Part shown: in pieces, positions 1 through 9,598 of the stretch | Position numbering within the stretch: position 1 is the stretch's first letter | How the letters are laid out: each line of letters starts with the position of its first letter | From: an uncultured Gemmatimonadales bacterium | GTDB taxonomy: Bacteria; Gemmatimonadota; Gemmatimonadetes; Gemmatimonadales; GWC2-71-9 | Assembly: GCA_963828735.1 (NCBI GenBank) | Contig: CAWHFW010000005.1 | Span: 1,952,001-2,016,000 of the forward strand | Direction of reading: 5' to 3' | DNA length: 64,000 nucleotides | Translations under genes and position numbers: made by a program | Notes under the pieces: generated by a model | The model's database searches: none | The model's input: only the letters and a program-made list of their open reading frames with translations | What the model was told of the DNA's origin: nothing

Positions 1-1191
1 GCGCGCGGAGCGCCGGTCAGCGATTCAGCGCCGGAAAGCGTGGGAACGGCGACGTCCAGGTCGATCGACGGCGGCTCGATGGCCGCCGAATCGGTGGCGG
101 CCCCGGCCGGCTTGGAGTCGCCCGTATTGGCGGGCGTGCTCACGATCGCGCGCGCCTCGAGCGCGCGGGCGAAGCCGGATGAGGCCGGCGGCAGCTGGGC
201 GCCCGCCGGCGACGGTGCCCCGACCGACGCGCCCAGAGGCGCACTGGTGGTCCTCGCCTTGGGCGAGGGTGTCGGTTTCGCTGCCGAAGGCGCGGGCGCT
301 ACGGGGGACGACACGGGAACGGTCGGACGGTCGGCGATGGTCGCGGCGCCGGTAGATCCCGCCAACAGCCTCGACGACGCGTACCCGCCGAGCGCGAGCA
401 CGAGCACCGCGCCGGCCAGGTGCAGCGGGCGCCGCCCGCGCGACGCACTCGCGGTCTGCATGGCGACCGGCTGCTCGAGCGGCGTGATCTCCGGATAGGT
501 GATCGTCGGCAGGTCGAGGACCGGCGAGGCGCTCACGCGAGGAAGCGCGGCGAAGGGCATGCCGGCCAGGACCTGGGCGGGCTCCTCCTCGGCGGGCGCA
601 TCCTCCTCCTCGGCAAACTCCTCCTCGGCAAGCTCCTCCTCGACCGGCTCTTCTTCGATCAGGACCGGGGTCGTGGTGACCGGCGCCAGGGCAACGTGAG
701 CTTCCAGCGCTCGGAGTCACGCGCGGGCGGGCGCGAAGGCCCGAGTCGTCGCTGCGGGCAGTCGGCGCCAGGCTGAGGAAACTGAGCGTGTCGGTTCTCG
801 GGGATTCCGCAGGCTTCGGCGCGGGCGCAAGGAAGCTCCGCGTGTCGGGTCGCGGAGGCACCGCGGGCTTCGGCGCTGGGGTCTGTGGCGGTGCGAGCAG
901 GCTCCGCGTGTCGGTCCGCGGAGGCTCCGCGGGCTTCGGCGCGAGAAAGCTCAGCGTGTCGGTCCGCGGACGCTCCACGGGCTTCGGCGTCGGCAGCTCG
1001 GAGGTGCGACCGGCGAGGATATCGAGCGCCTGCTTGTAGTGCGGATGGAATTCGATGGGCAGCCACTTCTCGGAGGCGTTGTGGTAGATCCGCGCCTTCG
1101 GAGAAATGACGCCGTTGCGAACGCCGGTGGCCAGCTCCTCCACGGTGCGAAAGACGGTGACCTCGCCGGGCTTCAGCTCGATCCGATACAT
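1..1191 (-). CDS. Pro-rich hypothetical membrane protein; apparent frameshift near 705-716; runs off the window edge
   Basis: Globular-looking N-terminus (MYRIELKPGEV...WLPIEFHPHY) followed by Pro-rich repeats. Near 712 the plausible protein continues in another frame (LEAHVALAPVTTTPVLIEEEPVEEELAEEEF...LAGAVLVLALGGY) that appears open to base 1. Confidence 0.6.
781..990 (-). repeat. Four imperfect coding repeats (PKPxxxPRxDTxSxL)
   Basis: DNA units gcgtgtcgg...ggcttcggcg recur four times; peptides PKPVERPRTDTLSFLA / PKPAEPPRTDTRSLLA / PKPAVPPRPDTRSFLA / PKPAESPRTDTLSFLS. Confidence 0.8.
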
Positions 1192-1499
1192 GCCGCATCC
1201 TCAGCGAAAATGTGGATGTTGGACACGTTTCGACATGCCAAATTCGTGCTCGGTACGGCTGCACGTTCCTGCATGATTGAAGCGCAGAAAATGACGCGAT
1301 AGTTGGGGCGAGCGCTCCGTCGTGAAGCCGTGGCGGACGGCCCACTTATGCGATTCGTTCGCGCTTTGAGGCGGCAAGCGGCCGAAAGGGTGGCGGGCGG
1401 GCGCTCGCGGCGAGGCCGAATTTCGCCGCCGGGGGCCTCGTAGTTTGCGAGAGCGGGCGCCGGGGCGCGCCGCGCCCGGGTTCGGCGTAAGTTGCCCCG

Positions 1500-2240
1500 A
1501 TGCCCGACCCCTCGGCGCTCGTCGCGCGGGAAGTCTCCAAGCGGTACGGACCGGTGCGCGCTCTCGACGGCGTCTCGCTCGACGTCCGCCGCGGCGAGTG
1601 CGTCGCGCTCATCGGCGAGAGCGGCTCGGGCAAGACGACGCTTCTCCGCTGCTTCAACCGCCTGACCGATCCCGACGGCGGCCAGGTGCTGGTGGACGGG
1701 GCCGACGTCGCGACGGTGGATCCGGTCGGGCTGCGGCGACGCGTGGGCTACGTGCCGCAGGATGGCGGCCTGCTGCCTCACTGGCGCGTGCGGCGCAACG
1801 CCGCGCTGGTGCCCTGGCTGCGCGGCGCGACGGACGCGAACGCGCAGGCGGACCGGGCCCTCGGCCTCGTGGGCCTCGACGCCGCGGCGATGGGCGACCG
1901 GTGGCCCCGGGATCTCTCCGGAGGGCAGCGTCAGCGGGTGGCCGTGGCCCGCGCGCTGGCGGCGAGTCCGGACATCGTTCTGCTCGACGAGCCGTTCGGC
2001 GCGCTCGACGCGATCACGCGGGCCGATCTCCAGGGCACGTTCCGCCGGCTCCGGCGCGAGCTCGGAGTCACGACGCTGCTCGTGACCCACGACCTGGCCG
2101 AGGCGGAGCTGCTGGCCGACCGGATCGCGGTAATGCATCAGGGCCGTATCGAGCAGATCGCCGCGCCCGACGAGCTGCACGTGGCGCCCGCGACCGAGTA
2201 CGTGCGCGCGCTGCTCGCGCGCGCGAGGGTGCGCGAGTGA
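1500..2240 (+). CDS. ABC transporter ATP-binding protein, osmoprotectant (OpuA/ProV-like) family
   Basis: Walker A GESGSGKT, signature LSGGQRQR, Walker B LLDEPF, H-loop VTHD. Confidence 0.92.
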   Translation: MPDPSALVAREVSKRYGPVRALDGVSLDVRRGECVALIGESGSGKTTLLRCFNRLTDPDGGQVLVDGADVATVDPVGLRRRVGYVPQDGGLLPHWRVRRNAALVPWLRGATDANAQADRALGLVGLDAAAMGDRWPRDLSGGQRQRVAVARALAASPDIVLLDEPFGALDAITRADLQGTFRRLRRELGVTTLLVTHDLAEAELLADRIAVMHQGRIEQIAAPDELHVAPATEYVRALLARARVRE

Positions 2241-3817
2241 CGTGGACCGGTCGGGCGCTCGCGCTCGCGGTGATTTTCACCACTCCGTGGGGAGCCGCCC
2301 GGTCGCAGACCATCCGGAGCGACAAACCGGTCGTGGTCGCCTCCAAGCCGTTCGGCGAGTCGTACCTGCTGGCGGAGATGTTCGCCCAGCTGCTCGAGGC
2401 GCGAGGGATCCCGGCCGCGCGGCGGCTCGGCCTCGGGGCGACGGAGATCGCGTTCGGAGCCCTCCGGAAGGGCGCGATCGACGTCTATCCCGAATACACC
2501 GGCACGGGGCTGCTCGCGATCCTGCACGAGCGGCCCGTGCCCGACCCGCGCGAGGTGTACGCCAGGGTCGCGCGCGAGTGCCGCGAACGGTTCGGCGTCC
2601 GGTGGCTGCCGCCGCTGGGCTTTCAGAACACGTACGCGATCGCGGTGCGGCGCGAGACGGCCCAGCGTTTCCACCTGCGGACGTTGAGCGATCTGGCGCG
2701 CGTCGGCGCGACGCTGCGCGCGGGCCTCACGCCCGACTTCATCGGCCGCGACGACGGCCTGCCCGGCCTCGGTCGCGCGTACGGTCTCCGATTCCGCGAG
2801 GTCCGCGCGCTGCTGCCTGCCGTGAAGTACCAGGCGCTCGCCGCGGGCGACGTCGACGTGATCGACGGGTACAGCACGGACGGCCTGATCGCGAAGTACG
2901 ACCTGATCGTGCTCGAGGACGATCTCGCGTTCTTTCCGCCGTACGAGGCCGCGGCGGTGACGGCGCCGGGCCTCGTCGAGCGGCGTCCGGAGGCCGTGGC
3001 GGCCCTCACCGAGCTGAGCGGGCTGCTCCGGGAGCCCGCCATGCGCGCGCTCAACCGGCGGGTCGAGGTGGACGGGGAGCCGATCGCGCGCGTCGCGGCC
3101 GACGCGCTGGCCGAGCTCGGGCTCACGAAGCAAGTGTCGGCGAGCGCCCGAGACGGGGTGGCCGCGGCCGGCAGCCGGCCGGCAAGGGCCGGACTCGCCG
3201 CCTATCTCTGGGCCGAGCGGCGCACGTTGCTGGGCCTCACCCAGCGGCACCTCCTGCTCGTGGCGGTCTCGCTCCTGGCTGCGATCGCGCTGGCGGTGCC
3301 GCTCGGCCTCGTGCTCGAGCGCGCGCGGGCGGGCGCCGAGGCGGTGATCCGGGCGGTCGGCCTGCTCCAGACCATTCCCGGTATCGCGCTCATCGCGTTC
3401 ATGATCCCGCTGCTCGGCATCGGCGTGGTGCCGGCGCTGGTCGCCCTCTTCCTCTACTCGCTCTACCCGATCCTCCGGAACACCTACACCGGCGTGCGGG
3501 ACGCGGCGCCGGAAGCGGTGGGCGCCGCGCTCGCGCTGGGCATGACGCCGCGACAGATCCTGCGTTACGTCCGCCTTCCGCTCGCGGCGCCGCTCATCAT
3601 GGCGGGCATCCGGACGGCCGCGGTCATCAACGTCGGGACGGCGACGCTGGCGGCGTTCATCGGGGCGGGCGGCCTGGGCGATCCGATCGCGTCGGGGCTC
3701 GCGCTGAGCGATACGCGGATGATCCTCTCGGGCGCATTGCCGGCCGCAGCGCTGGCGCTGGTGGTGGACGCGGCGCTGGGGGCATGTGAGCGGGTGGTGA
3801 GCCCGGGAGGGAGGTAG
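2237..3817 (+). CDS. Fused quaternary-amine ABC substrate-binding protein and permease
   Basis: GTG start overlapping the ATPase stop (GTGA); signal-like N-terminus; OpuAC-type motifs SKPFGES, YPEYTGT, NTYA, YSTD, FFPPY; C-terminal permease with EAA-like loop and IGAGGLG. Confidence 0.88.
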   Translation: MTWTGRALALAVIFTTPWGAARSQTIRSDKPVVVASKPFGESYLLAEMFAQLLEARGIPAARRLGLGATEIAFGALRKGAIDVYPEYTGTGLLAILHERPVPDPREVYARVARECRERFGVRWLPPLGFQNTYAIAVRRETAQRFHLRTLSDLARVGATLRAGLTPDFIGRDDGLPGLGRAYGLRFREVRALLPAVKYQALAAGDVDVIDGYSTDGLIAKYDLIVLEDDLAFFPPYEAAAVTAPGLVERRPEAVAALTELSGLLREPAMRALNRRVEVDGEPIARVAADALAELGLTKQVSASARDGVAAAGSRPARAGLAAYLWAERRTLLGLTQRHLLLVAVSLLAAIALAVPLGLVLERARAGAEAVIRAVGLLQTIPGIALIAFMIPLLGIGVVPALVALFLYSLYPILRNTYTGVRDAAPEAVGAALALGMTPRQILRYVRLPLAAPLIMAGIRTAAVINVGTATLAAFIGAGGLGDPIASGLALSDTRMILSGALPAAALALVVDAALGACERVVSPGGR

Positions 3818-3902
3818 GCCGAGGCGAAGCTCGCCGGTCTTGCCTTCCCGCCGGCCCAGTCACTAGGATGCCCTCCGGCAACCACACCGTCCCGGACGCC
3901 CC

Positions 3903-5126
3903 ATGCGCCTCCATCCGTTCCGTGCCCTGCGTCCCGTACCCGACCTCGCCGAGCGGGTGGCGTCGGTGCCGTACGACGTGGTGAACCGGAGCGAGGCCGC
4001 GGCGCTGGCGGCGGGGAATCCGTACAGCTTCCTGCACGTGGGGCGGTCGGACATCGACCTCCCGGCCGACGTGGACCCCTACGATCCCAGGATCTACGCC
4101 ACCGCGCGCGCGGCGCTCGATCGGTTCCAGGCGGACGGGACCCTGCTGCGCGAGGCGGAGCCGTCGCTCTACCTGTACCGGCAGATCATGGACGGACGGG
4201 CGCAGGTCGGCGTGGTCGGCTGCGTGCACATCGACGACTACGACCGCGACGTCATCCGGAAGCACGAGAAGACCAGGCCGGACAAGGAGGACGACCGCAC
4301 CCGGCACGTCCTCACCCTTCGCGCCAACGCCGAACCGGTGTTTCTCACCTACCGCGTCCGGCCGGACATTCAGGCGCTCGCGACGCGCATCCTCGAGGAC
4401 ACTCCCCTCTACGACTTCACCGCGCCCGACGGGGTACGCCACACCGTGTGGCGTGTGCCGGATCCCCGGTCGCTCGTCGAGGCGTTCCGCCAGGTGCCGC
4501 TCGCCTACGTGGCCGACGGGCACCATCGCTCCGCGAGCGCGTGGCGCGCGGGGCGCGAGCTCCGGAACGAGCCAGCGCAGCGCCGGGGCGAGGGCGAATA
4601 CAACTGGTTCCTGGCGGTGCTCTTTCCGGCCGATGAGCTGCGCATTCTCCCGTACAACCGCGTCGTGCGCGACCCGGGAAGCCTGGGCATCCCCGAGCTG
4701 CTCGGGCGGCTGTCGCACGTGGGCCGTGTCACGGTCACGGACGATCCGGTGCCGTCGAAATCCGGCACCTTCTGCTTCTTCCTCATGAACGCGTGGTACC
4801 GGCTGGAGCTGGACGAGGCGTCGATCGACCGGTCCGATCCCATCGCATCGCTCGACGTGTCGCTGTTGCAGGACCGCGTGCTCGGGCCCGTGCTCGGCAT
4901 CGGCGACCCGCGCACCGACAAGCGGCTGGACTTCGTGGGCGGGATCCGCGGCACGGCGGAACTGGAGCAGCGGGTGCGCTCGGGGGAGATGGTCATCGCC
5001 TTCTCGCTCTACCCGACGACGCTCGAGCAGCTCATGGCCGTCGCCGACGCCGGCCAGGTCATGCCGCCGAAGAGCACGTGGTTCGAGCCCAAGCTGCGCA
5101 GCGGGCTCTTCGTGCATACCTTGTAA
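3903..5126 (+). CDS. DUF1015 family protein
   Basis: Family motifs PYDVV, IRKHEKT, ADGHHR, MPPKSTWFEPKLRSGL; adjacent to serA/serC. Confidence 0.9.
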   Translation: MRLHPFRALRPVPDLAERVASVPYDVVNRSEAAALAAGNPYSFLHVGRSDIDLPADVDPYDPRIYATARAALDRFQADGTLLREAEPSLYLYRQIMDGRAQVGVVGCVHIDDYDRDVIRKHEKTRPDKEDDRTRHVLTLRANAEPVFLTYRVRPDIQALATRILEDTPLYDFTAPDGVRHTVWRVPDPRSLVEAFRQVPLAYVADGHHRSASAWRAGRELRNEPAQRRGEGEYNWFLAVLFPADELRILPYNRVVRDPGSLGIPELLGRLSHVGRVTVTDDPVPSKSGTFCFFLMNAWYRLELDEASIDRSDPIASLDVSLLQDRVLGPVLGIGDPRTDKRLDFVGGIRGTAELEQRVRSGEMVIAFSLYPTTLEQLMAVADAGQVMPPKSTWFEPKLRSGLFVHTL

Positions 5127-5154
5127 ACTCACCGAACGGGGCGGAGCTGGTCGC

Positions 5155-6375
5155 ATGAAGGTGTTGATCGCGGACAAGTTCGAGAAGGTCGGCGTGGACG
5201 GCCTCAAGGAGCTCGGCTGCACCGTCGTCTCACAGCCGGACGTGAAGGCGGAGGAGCTGCCCGCGGCCATCCGGGCCACCGACCCGCACATCCTCATCGT
5301 CCGCGGCAAGAAGGTGTCGGGCGACGCGCTCAAGGCCGGGACCGCCCTCACGCTCGTGATCCGCGCCGGGGCGGGCATCGATACGATCGACGTGGCGACG
5401 GCCTCGAGCCAGGGCGTGTTCGTCTCCAACTGTCCGGGCAAGAACTCGATCGCCGTCGCCGAGCTGGTGCTCGGCCTCCTGCTCGCGTGCGACCGGCGCA
5501 TTCCCGACCAGGTGGCCGAGCTTCGCGCCGGGACCTGGAACAAGGGCGAGTTCGCCAAGGGGCGCGGCCTGCACGGCCGGACGCTCGGCATCGTGGGGCT
5601 GGGGCAGATCGGGCGGGAGATCGCACAGCGCGCGCGCGCGTTCGGCATGCGCGTGATCGCCTGGTCCCGGAGCCTGACCCACGAGGAGGCGGACCTGCTG
5701 GGCGTGGCCTACGCGCAGACGCCGCTCGAAGTGGCGCGGCTCTCGGACGCGGTCACCATCAACGTCGCCGGCAACGCGGAGACCAAGCAGCTGGTCAACG
5801 CGGAATTCCTCGCCGCCATGCGCCCCGGCGCGTACCTCATCAACACCTCCCGCGGCACCGTGGTGGACGAGGCAGCGCTCGAGCGCGCGGTGCGCGAGAA
5901 GGGCATCCGGGCGGGTCTCGACGTGTTCGAGAACGAGCCCGCGGGCAATACCGGCACGTTCGGGAACGCCATCGTTCAGGCGCCGGGCGTCTACGGCACG
6001 CACCACGTCGGTGCGTCCACCGACCAGGCGCAGGTCGCGATCGCGCACGAGGTGATCCGCATCGTGCAGACGTTCCAGGCGACGGGCGAGGTGCCCAACG
6101 TGGTCAACCGGCTCGCGCGGAGCTCGGCCACGCACGTGCTGTCGATCCGGCATCGCAACCGGCCGGGGGTGCTGGCGCACGTGTTCGGCGTGCTGGCGGG
6201 CGGGGCGATCAACGTCGAAGAGGTGGAGAACATCATCTACCACGGCGCCCAGGCCACGCTCGCGCGGATCCACCTCGACGGCGTGCCCGACGCGGGCGCG
6301 CTCGAGCGGATCCGGAACGGCAATCAGGACATCATCAGCGTCGAGCTGAGCCAGATCGACGGGAAGCCGAGATAG
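5155..6375 (+). CDS. serA: D-3-phosphoglycerate dehydrogenase with C-terminal ACT domain
   Basis: RAGAGIDTID, GIVGLGQIG, INTSRG, LDVFENEP, HHVGAST; ACT-like HRNRPGVL; next to serC. Confidence 0.85.
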   Translation: MKVLIADKFEKVGVDGLKELGCTVVSQPDVKAEELPAAIRATDPHILIVRGKKVSGDALKAGTALTLVIRAGAGIDTIDVATASSQGVFVSNCPGKNSIAVAELVLGLLLACDRRIPDQVAELRAGTWNKGEFAKGRGLHGRTLGIVGLGQIGREIAQRARAFGMRVIAWSRSLTHEEADLLGVAYAQTPLEVARLSDAVTINVAGNAETKQLVNAEFLAAMRPGAYLINTSRGTVVDEAALERAVREKGIRAGLDVFENEPAGNTGTFGNAIVQAPGVYGTHHVGASTDQAQVAIAHEVIRIVQTFQATGEVPNVVNRLARSSATHVLSIRHRNRPGVLAHVFGVLAGGAINVEEVENIIYHGAQATLARIHLDGVPDAGALERIRNGNQDIISVELSQIDGKPR

Positions 6376-6441
6376 GGAGGACGCGGACTCGCGACGACCC
6401 GCGCCCTCTCCGGCCGACAGCACACCACGAGGAACGCACCG

Positions 6442-7578
6442 ATGACCGACCGCATCTTCAATTTCAGCGCCGGCCCCGCCGCCCTGCCCGAGCCCGTCCT
6501 GCGGAAGGCGCAGGAGGCCATCTGGAACGTGGCCGGCAGCGGCATCGGCATCATGGAGCACAGCCATCGCGGCAAGGTGTTCGAGAAGATCCTCGCCGAG
6601 GCGGAGGCGAACTGCCGCGCGCTGGCGGGGATCCCGGACGACTACGCGGTCCTGTTCCTCCAGGGCGGCGCGTCGCTGCAGTTCTCGATGGTGCCCATGA
6701 ACCTCCTGCCGGCAGACCGGACGGCGGACTACCTGAACACCGGTGTCTGGTCGCAGAAGGCGATCAAGGAAGCCAAGATCCTGGGCGCGAAGGTCCACGT
6801 GGCCGCGAGCAGTGAGGCCACCAGCTTCGACCGGATCCCCAAGGCCGGCGAGATCGCCTACTCACCGACGCCGGCCTACGTGCACCTCACCACCAACAAC
6901 ACGATCTATGGCACCCAGTGGAAGAGCGAGCCCGCGGTGCCCTCGGGCGTTCCGCTCGTGGCCGATACCTCGAGCGACATGTACAGCCGGCCCATCGACG
7001 TGCGAAAGTACGGCCTGATCTACGCGGGCGCACAGAAGAACCTGGGACCGTCGGGCACGGTGCTCGTGATCATCCGAAAGGATCTGGCGGAGGCCGGCCC
7101 CAAGACCCTGCCGACGATGCTGCAGTACCGCACGTTCGTGGCGGAGAACTCGCTCTACAACACGCCGCCGACGCTCGGCATCTACCTGGTCGGCGAGGTG
7201 TTCAAGTGGATCCAGTCGCAAGGCGGTCTCGCGGCGATGGCGGAGCACAACGCGAGCAAGGCCAGGCTGTTGTATGACCATATCGACTCGAGCGACTTCT
7301 TCCGCGGCACGGTTCAGCCGGACAGCCGTTCTCTCATGAACGTGTGCTTCCGCGCGCCGACCGAGGAGCTCGAGAACAAGTTCATCAGCGAGGCCACGAA
7401 GCGCGGGCTCGACGGGCTCAAGGGTCACCGGAGCGTGGGCGGCATGCGCGCGAGCATCTACAACGCGTGTCCGCGCGCCGCGGTGGAGGCGCTGCTTGGA
7501 TTCATGAAGGAGTTCGAGCGGGCGAACCGCGGGGCGGGGGCGGGGGCGGGGGCTGGGGCGGTGAGCGGGGAGCGGTGA
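6442..7578 (+). CDS. serC: Phosphoserine aminotransferase
   Basis: [32 protein letters not shown] (PLP lysine), [15 protein letters not shown]. Confidence 0.96.
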   Translation: MTDRIFNFSAGPAALPEPVLRKAQEAIWNVAGSGIGIMEHSHRGKVFEKILAEAEANCRALAGIPDDYAVLFLQGGASLQFSMVPMNLLPADRTADYLNTGVWSQKAIKEAKILGAKVHVAASSEATSFDRIPKAGEIAYSPTPAYVHLTTNNTIYGTQWKSEPAVPSGVPLVADTSSDMYSRPIDVRKYGLIYAGAQKNLGPSGTVLVIIRKDLAEAGPKTLPTMLQYRTFVAENSLYNTPPTLGIYLVGEVFKWIQSQGGLAAMAEHNASKARLLYDHIDSSDFFRGTVQPDSRSLMNVCFRAPTEELENKFISEATKRGLDGLKGHRSVGGMRASIYNACPRAAVEALLGFMKEFERANRGAGAGAGAGAVSGER

Positions 7579-7709
7579 GCGGGAAGCGCGGGATGTAACA
7601 CGTCGTTCGGAGGCCGGGTTGGCTTGTGTCAGGCGAGCCCGCTGTGCCGCGACGGCTCACGGCTCACCGCTCACCGCTTGTCGCCTGCCGCTCCCCGCTC
7701 CCCGCTCAC
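7558..7709. repeat. Inverted pair of degenerate GCGGTGA heptamer arrays between convergent serC and rho
   Basis: Left arm gcggtgagcggggagcggtgagcggg (7558-7583); right arm cggctcacggctcaccgctcaccgc...ccgctccccgctccccgctcac (7653-7709). Confidence 0.75.
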
Positions 7710-8827
7710 GCCGAAGCAGCGAGGGTCCGCACCAGCTCGTCGTTGGTGCGGTTCCGCTTGAGGTCGGTGAGCAGGTCGTTCATGGCGTTGATCGGCGTCA
7801 TGCTCGCGAGGCGCTGTCGGAGCAGGCGGCTCACGGCGAGTGCCTCCTGGGACAGCAGCAGCTCTTCCCGGCGCGTCGCGCTCGCGACCAGGTCGATGGC
7901 CGGATAGATCCGGCGCTCCGCCAGCTCGCGGCTGAGCACGAGCTCGCTGTTGCCGGTGCCCTTGAACTCCTCGAAGATCACCTGATCCATCTTGCTTCCC
8001 GTGTCCACCAGCGCCGTGGCGATGATGGTGAGCGAGCCGCCGCCCTGCGCCTGGTCGATCTTCCGCGCGCTTCCCAGGAACCGCTTGGGCCGCTCCAGGG
8101 ACTGGGCGTCGAGGCCACCCGACAGCGTGCGGCCCGTGCCCTTCTCCACCGTGTTGTAGGCGCGGGCGAGGCGGGTGAGCGAGTCCACGATGATGACCAC
8201 ATCCTCGCCCAGCTCGACGCGCCGGCGCGCGCGCTCGAGCGTGAGCTCGGCGACCGTGACGTGCTGTTGGGCCGGATTGTCGAAGCTCGACGCGATCACC
8301 TCGCCGATTCCCAATGCCTCCATCTCGAAGACTTCCTCGGGACGCTCGTCCACCAGCAGCACGAACAGTGTCGCCTGCGGATAGTTGGCGGCGATGCCCT
8401 CGGCGATGGACTGGAGCACCATCGTCTTCCCCGCCTTGGCCGGCGCCACGATGAGCGCGCGCTGGCCCTTGCCGAACGGCGCGAGGATATCGATGACCCG
8501 GTTGGTGAAGTCGGGCTGGCCCTGGCGGACGAGCCCGCACTCGAGGCGGAGTTGCTCGTTGGGATGGATGGCGCCGAGCCGGCCGAAGTCGGGGCGGCGG
8601 CCGAGATCCGCGGGCGGGCGCCCCAGCACGCTGGTGACGCGCTCGAGGGTGGCGCCGCGCCCCTTCCCGCCGGGGCGGCTGTCGCCGTCGATCTCGTCGC
8701 CGGGCCGAAGCTCGTACTGGCGGATGAGGCGCTCGCCGACGTGGACGTCACCGCGGTCGGCCAGGTAGCCGGCCTCGCGGCGCCGGAGGAAGCCGTTGCG
8801 ACCGACCAGCTCGAGGACGCCGGGCAT
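7706..8827 (-). CDS. rho: Transcription termination factor Rho, short form (373 aa)
   Basis: GFLR and LRPGDEI RNA-binding motifs, PFGKGQRALIVAPAKAGKT, DERPEEV, DSLTRLARAYN, FEEFKGTGNSEL, RRIYPAID. Confidence 0.9.
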   Translation of the reverse strand: MPGVLELVGRNGFLRRREAGYLADRGDVHVGERLIRQYELRPGDEIDGDSRPGGKGRGATLERVTSVLGRPPADLGRRPDFGRLGAIHPNEQLRLECGLVRQGQPDFTNRVIDILAPFGKGQRALIVAPAKAGKTMVLQSIAEGIAANYPQATLFVLLVDERPEEVFEMEALGIGEVIASSFDNPAQQHVTVAELTLERARRRVELGEDVVIIVDSLTRLARAYNTVEKGTGRTLSGGLDAQSLERPKRFLGSARKIDQAQGGGSLTIIATALVDTGSKMDQVIFEEFKGTGNSELVLSRELAERRIYPAIDLVASATRREELLLSQEALAVSRLLRQRLASMTPINAMNDLLTDLKRNRTNDELVRTLAASA

Positions 8828-9243
8828 CAGGTGGCGGCAGCCACGGAACGCTTGATACGGAACAGGATCGCGGTGAGTCCTTGCGTGCGGGTCATGCCGA
8901 GCGTCTCGGTCAGGCCGAGCTGCTCGAGCAGGTCGTCGGGAACGCGTGCGACATCGGCGGGCGCGGCGCCGTCGAGGCTCTTCGCCAGGAGCGAGATGAA
9001 GCCACGGACCGTCGGCGACTCCGGCGGGACGTCGGCATGGATCCGCACCTTGCCCTCTTCCACGTCGACCCAGAGGAACACCGGCGTCTGGCACTCGTGC
9101 ACCCGATGCTCGCCGCGCTCCTTCTCGCTCCGGTAGCGCTCCGGGAGCGCAGGCAGCTTGCGCGAGTAGTCGAGCAGGGTCTCCAGGCGCGTGGTGCGAT
9201 CGGCGGCCTTGAACCGCGGGATCAGCGTCTCGAGTGAAGGCAT
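8827..9243 (-). CDS. sufE: SufE family Fe-S/sulfur acceptor protein
   Basis: LLDYSRKLP, VHECQTPVFL (acceptor Cys), SPTVRGF; 138 aa. Confidence 0.85.
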   Translation of the reverse strand: MPSLETLIPRFKAADRTTRLETLLDYSRKLPALPERYRSEKERGEHRVHECQTPVFLWVDVEEGKVRIHADVPPESPTVRGFISLLAKSLDGAAPADVARVPDDLLEQLGLTETLGMTRTQGLTAILFRIKRSVAAAT

Positions 9244-9409
9244 GCAGGAAAACTGCCACGATCCGGCATCGGAAGATACCCCTCGCGCCGGCCCAAGCGT
9301 CCCGAGCCCGGCGCGGGCGGCGCGAGATCCGGCGTCGAGCCCGGGCGAACCGAGCTCCATCATGTCGCCCGGCTTCGGGCGCCGCCGGCGTTGACGTTCG
9401 CCCCGCCGC

Positions 9410-9439
9410 TTGACGGGCGGCCCATCCCGCCTGTATAAA
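9410..9439 (+). promoter_or_regulatory. Putative sigma70 promoter for the cimA leader
   Basis: TTGACG (9410-9415), 18-nt spacer, TATAAA (9434-9439); conspicuous in GC-rich DNA. Confidence 0.65.
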
Positions 9440-9444
9440 TATGC

Positions 9445-9528
9445 ATGGTCACGCCGCCCGCCCAAGCGCTCCCGCTCTGCATTACTCCGCACCGGAGTCC
9501 GAGAGGCGGCGCGGCGGCACGCGGGTAG
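9445..9528 (+). CDS. Putative 27-aa leader peptide MVTPPAQALPLCITPHRSPRGGAAARG
   Basis: ATG 6 nt after the -10 box; ends just upstream of a terminator hairpin; contains GAGAGGC, complementary to the hairpin's left arm. Confidence 0.45.
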   Translation: MVTPPAQALPLCITPHRSPRGGAAARG

Positions 9529-9553
9529 AGCACTCCCAGCCATGCAGCGACAG

Positions 9554-9584
9554 CGGCCTCTCCCCGGAGAGGCCGTTTCTTTTT
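9554..9584 (+). terminator. Intrinsic terminator/attenuator in the cimA leader
   Basis: cggcctctc-cccg-gagaggccg followed by tttcttttt, ending 15 nt before the cimA ATG. Confidence 0.8.
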
Positions 9585-9598
9585 CCATCGGAGCTCCG

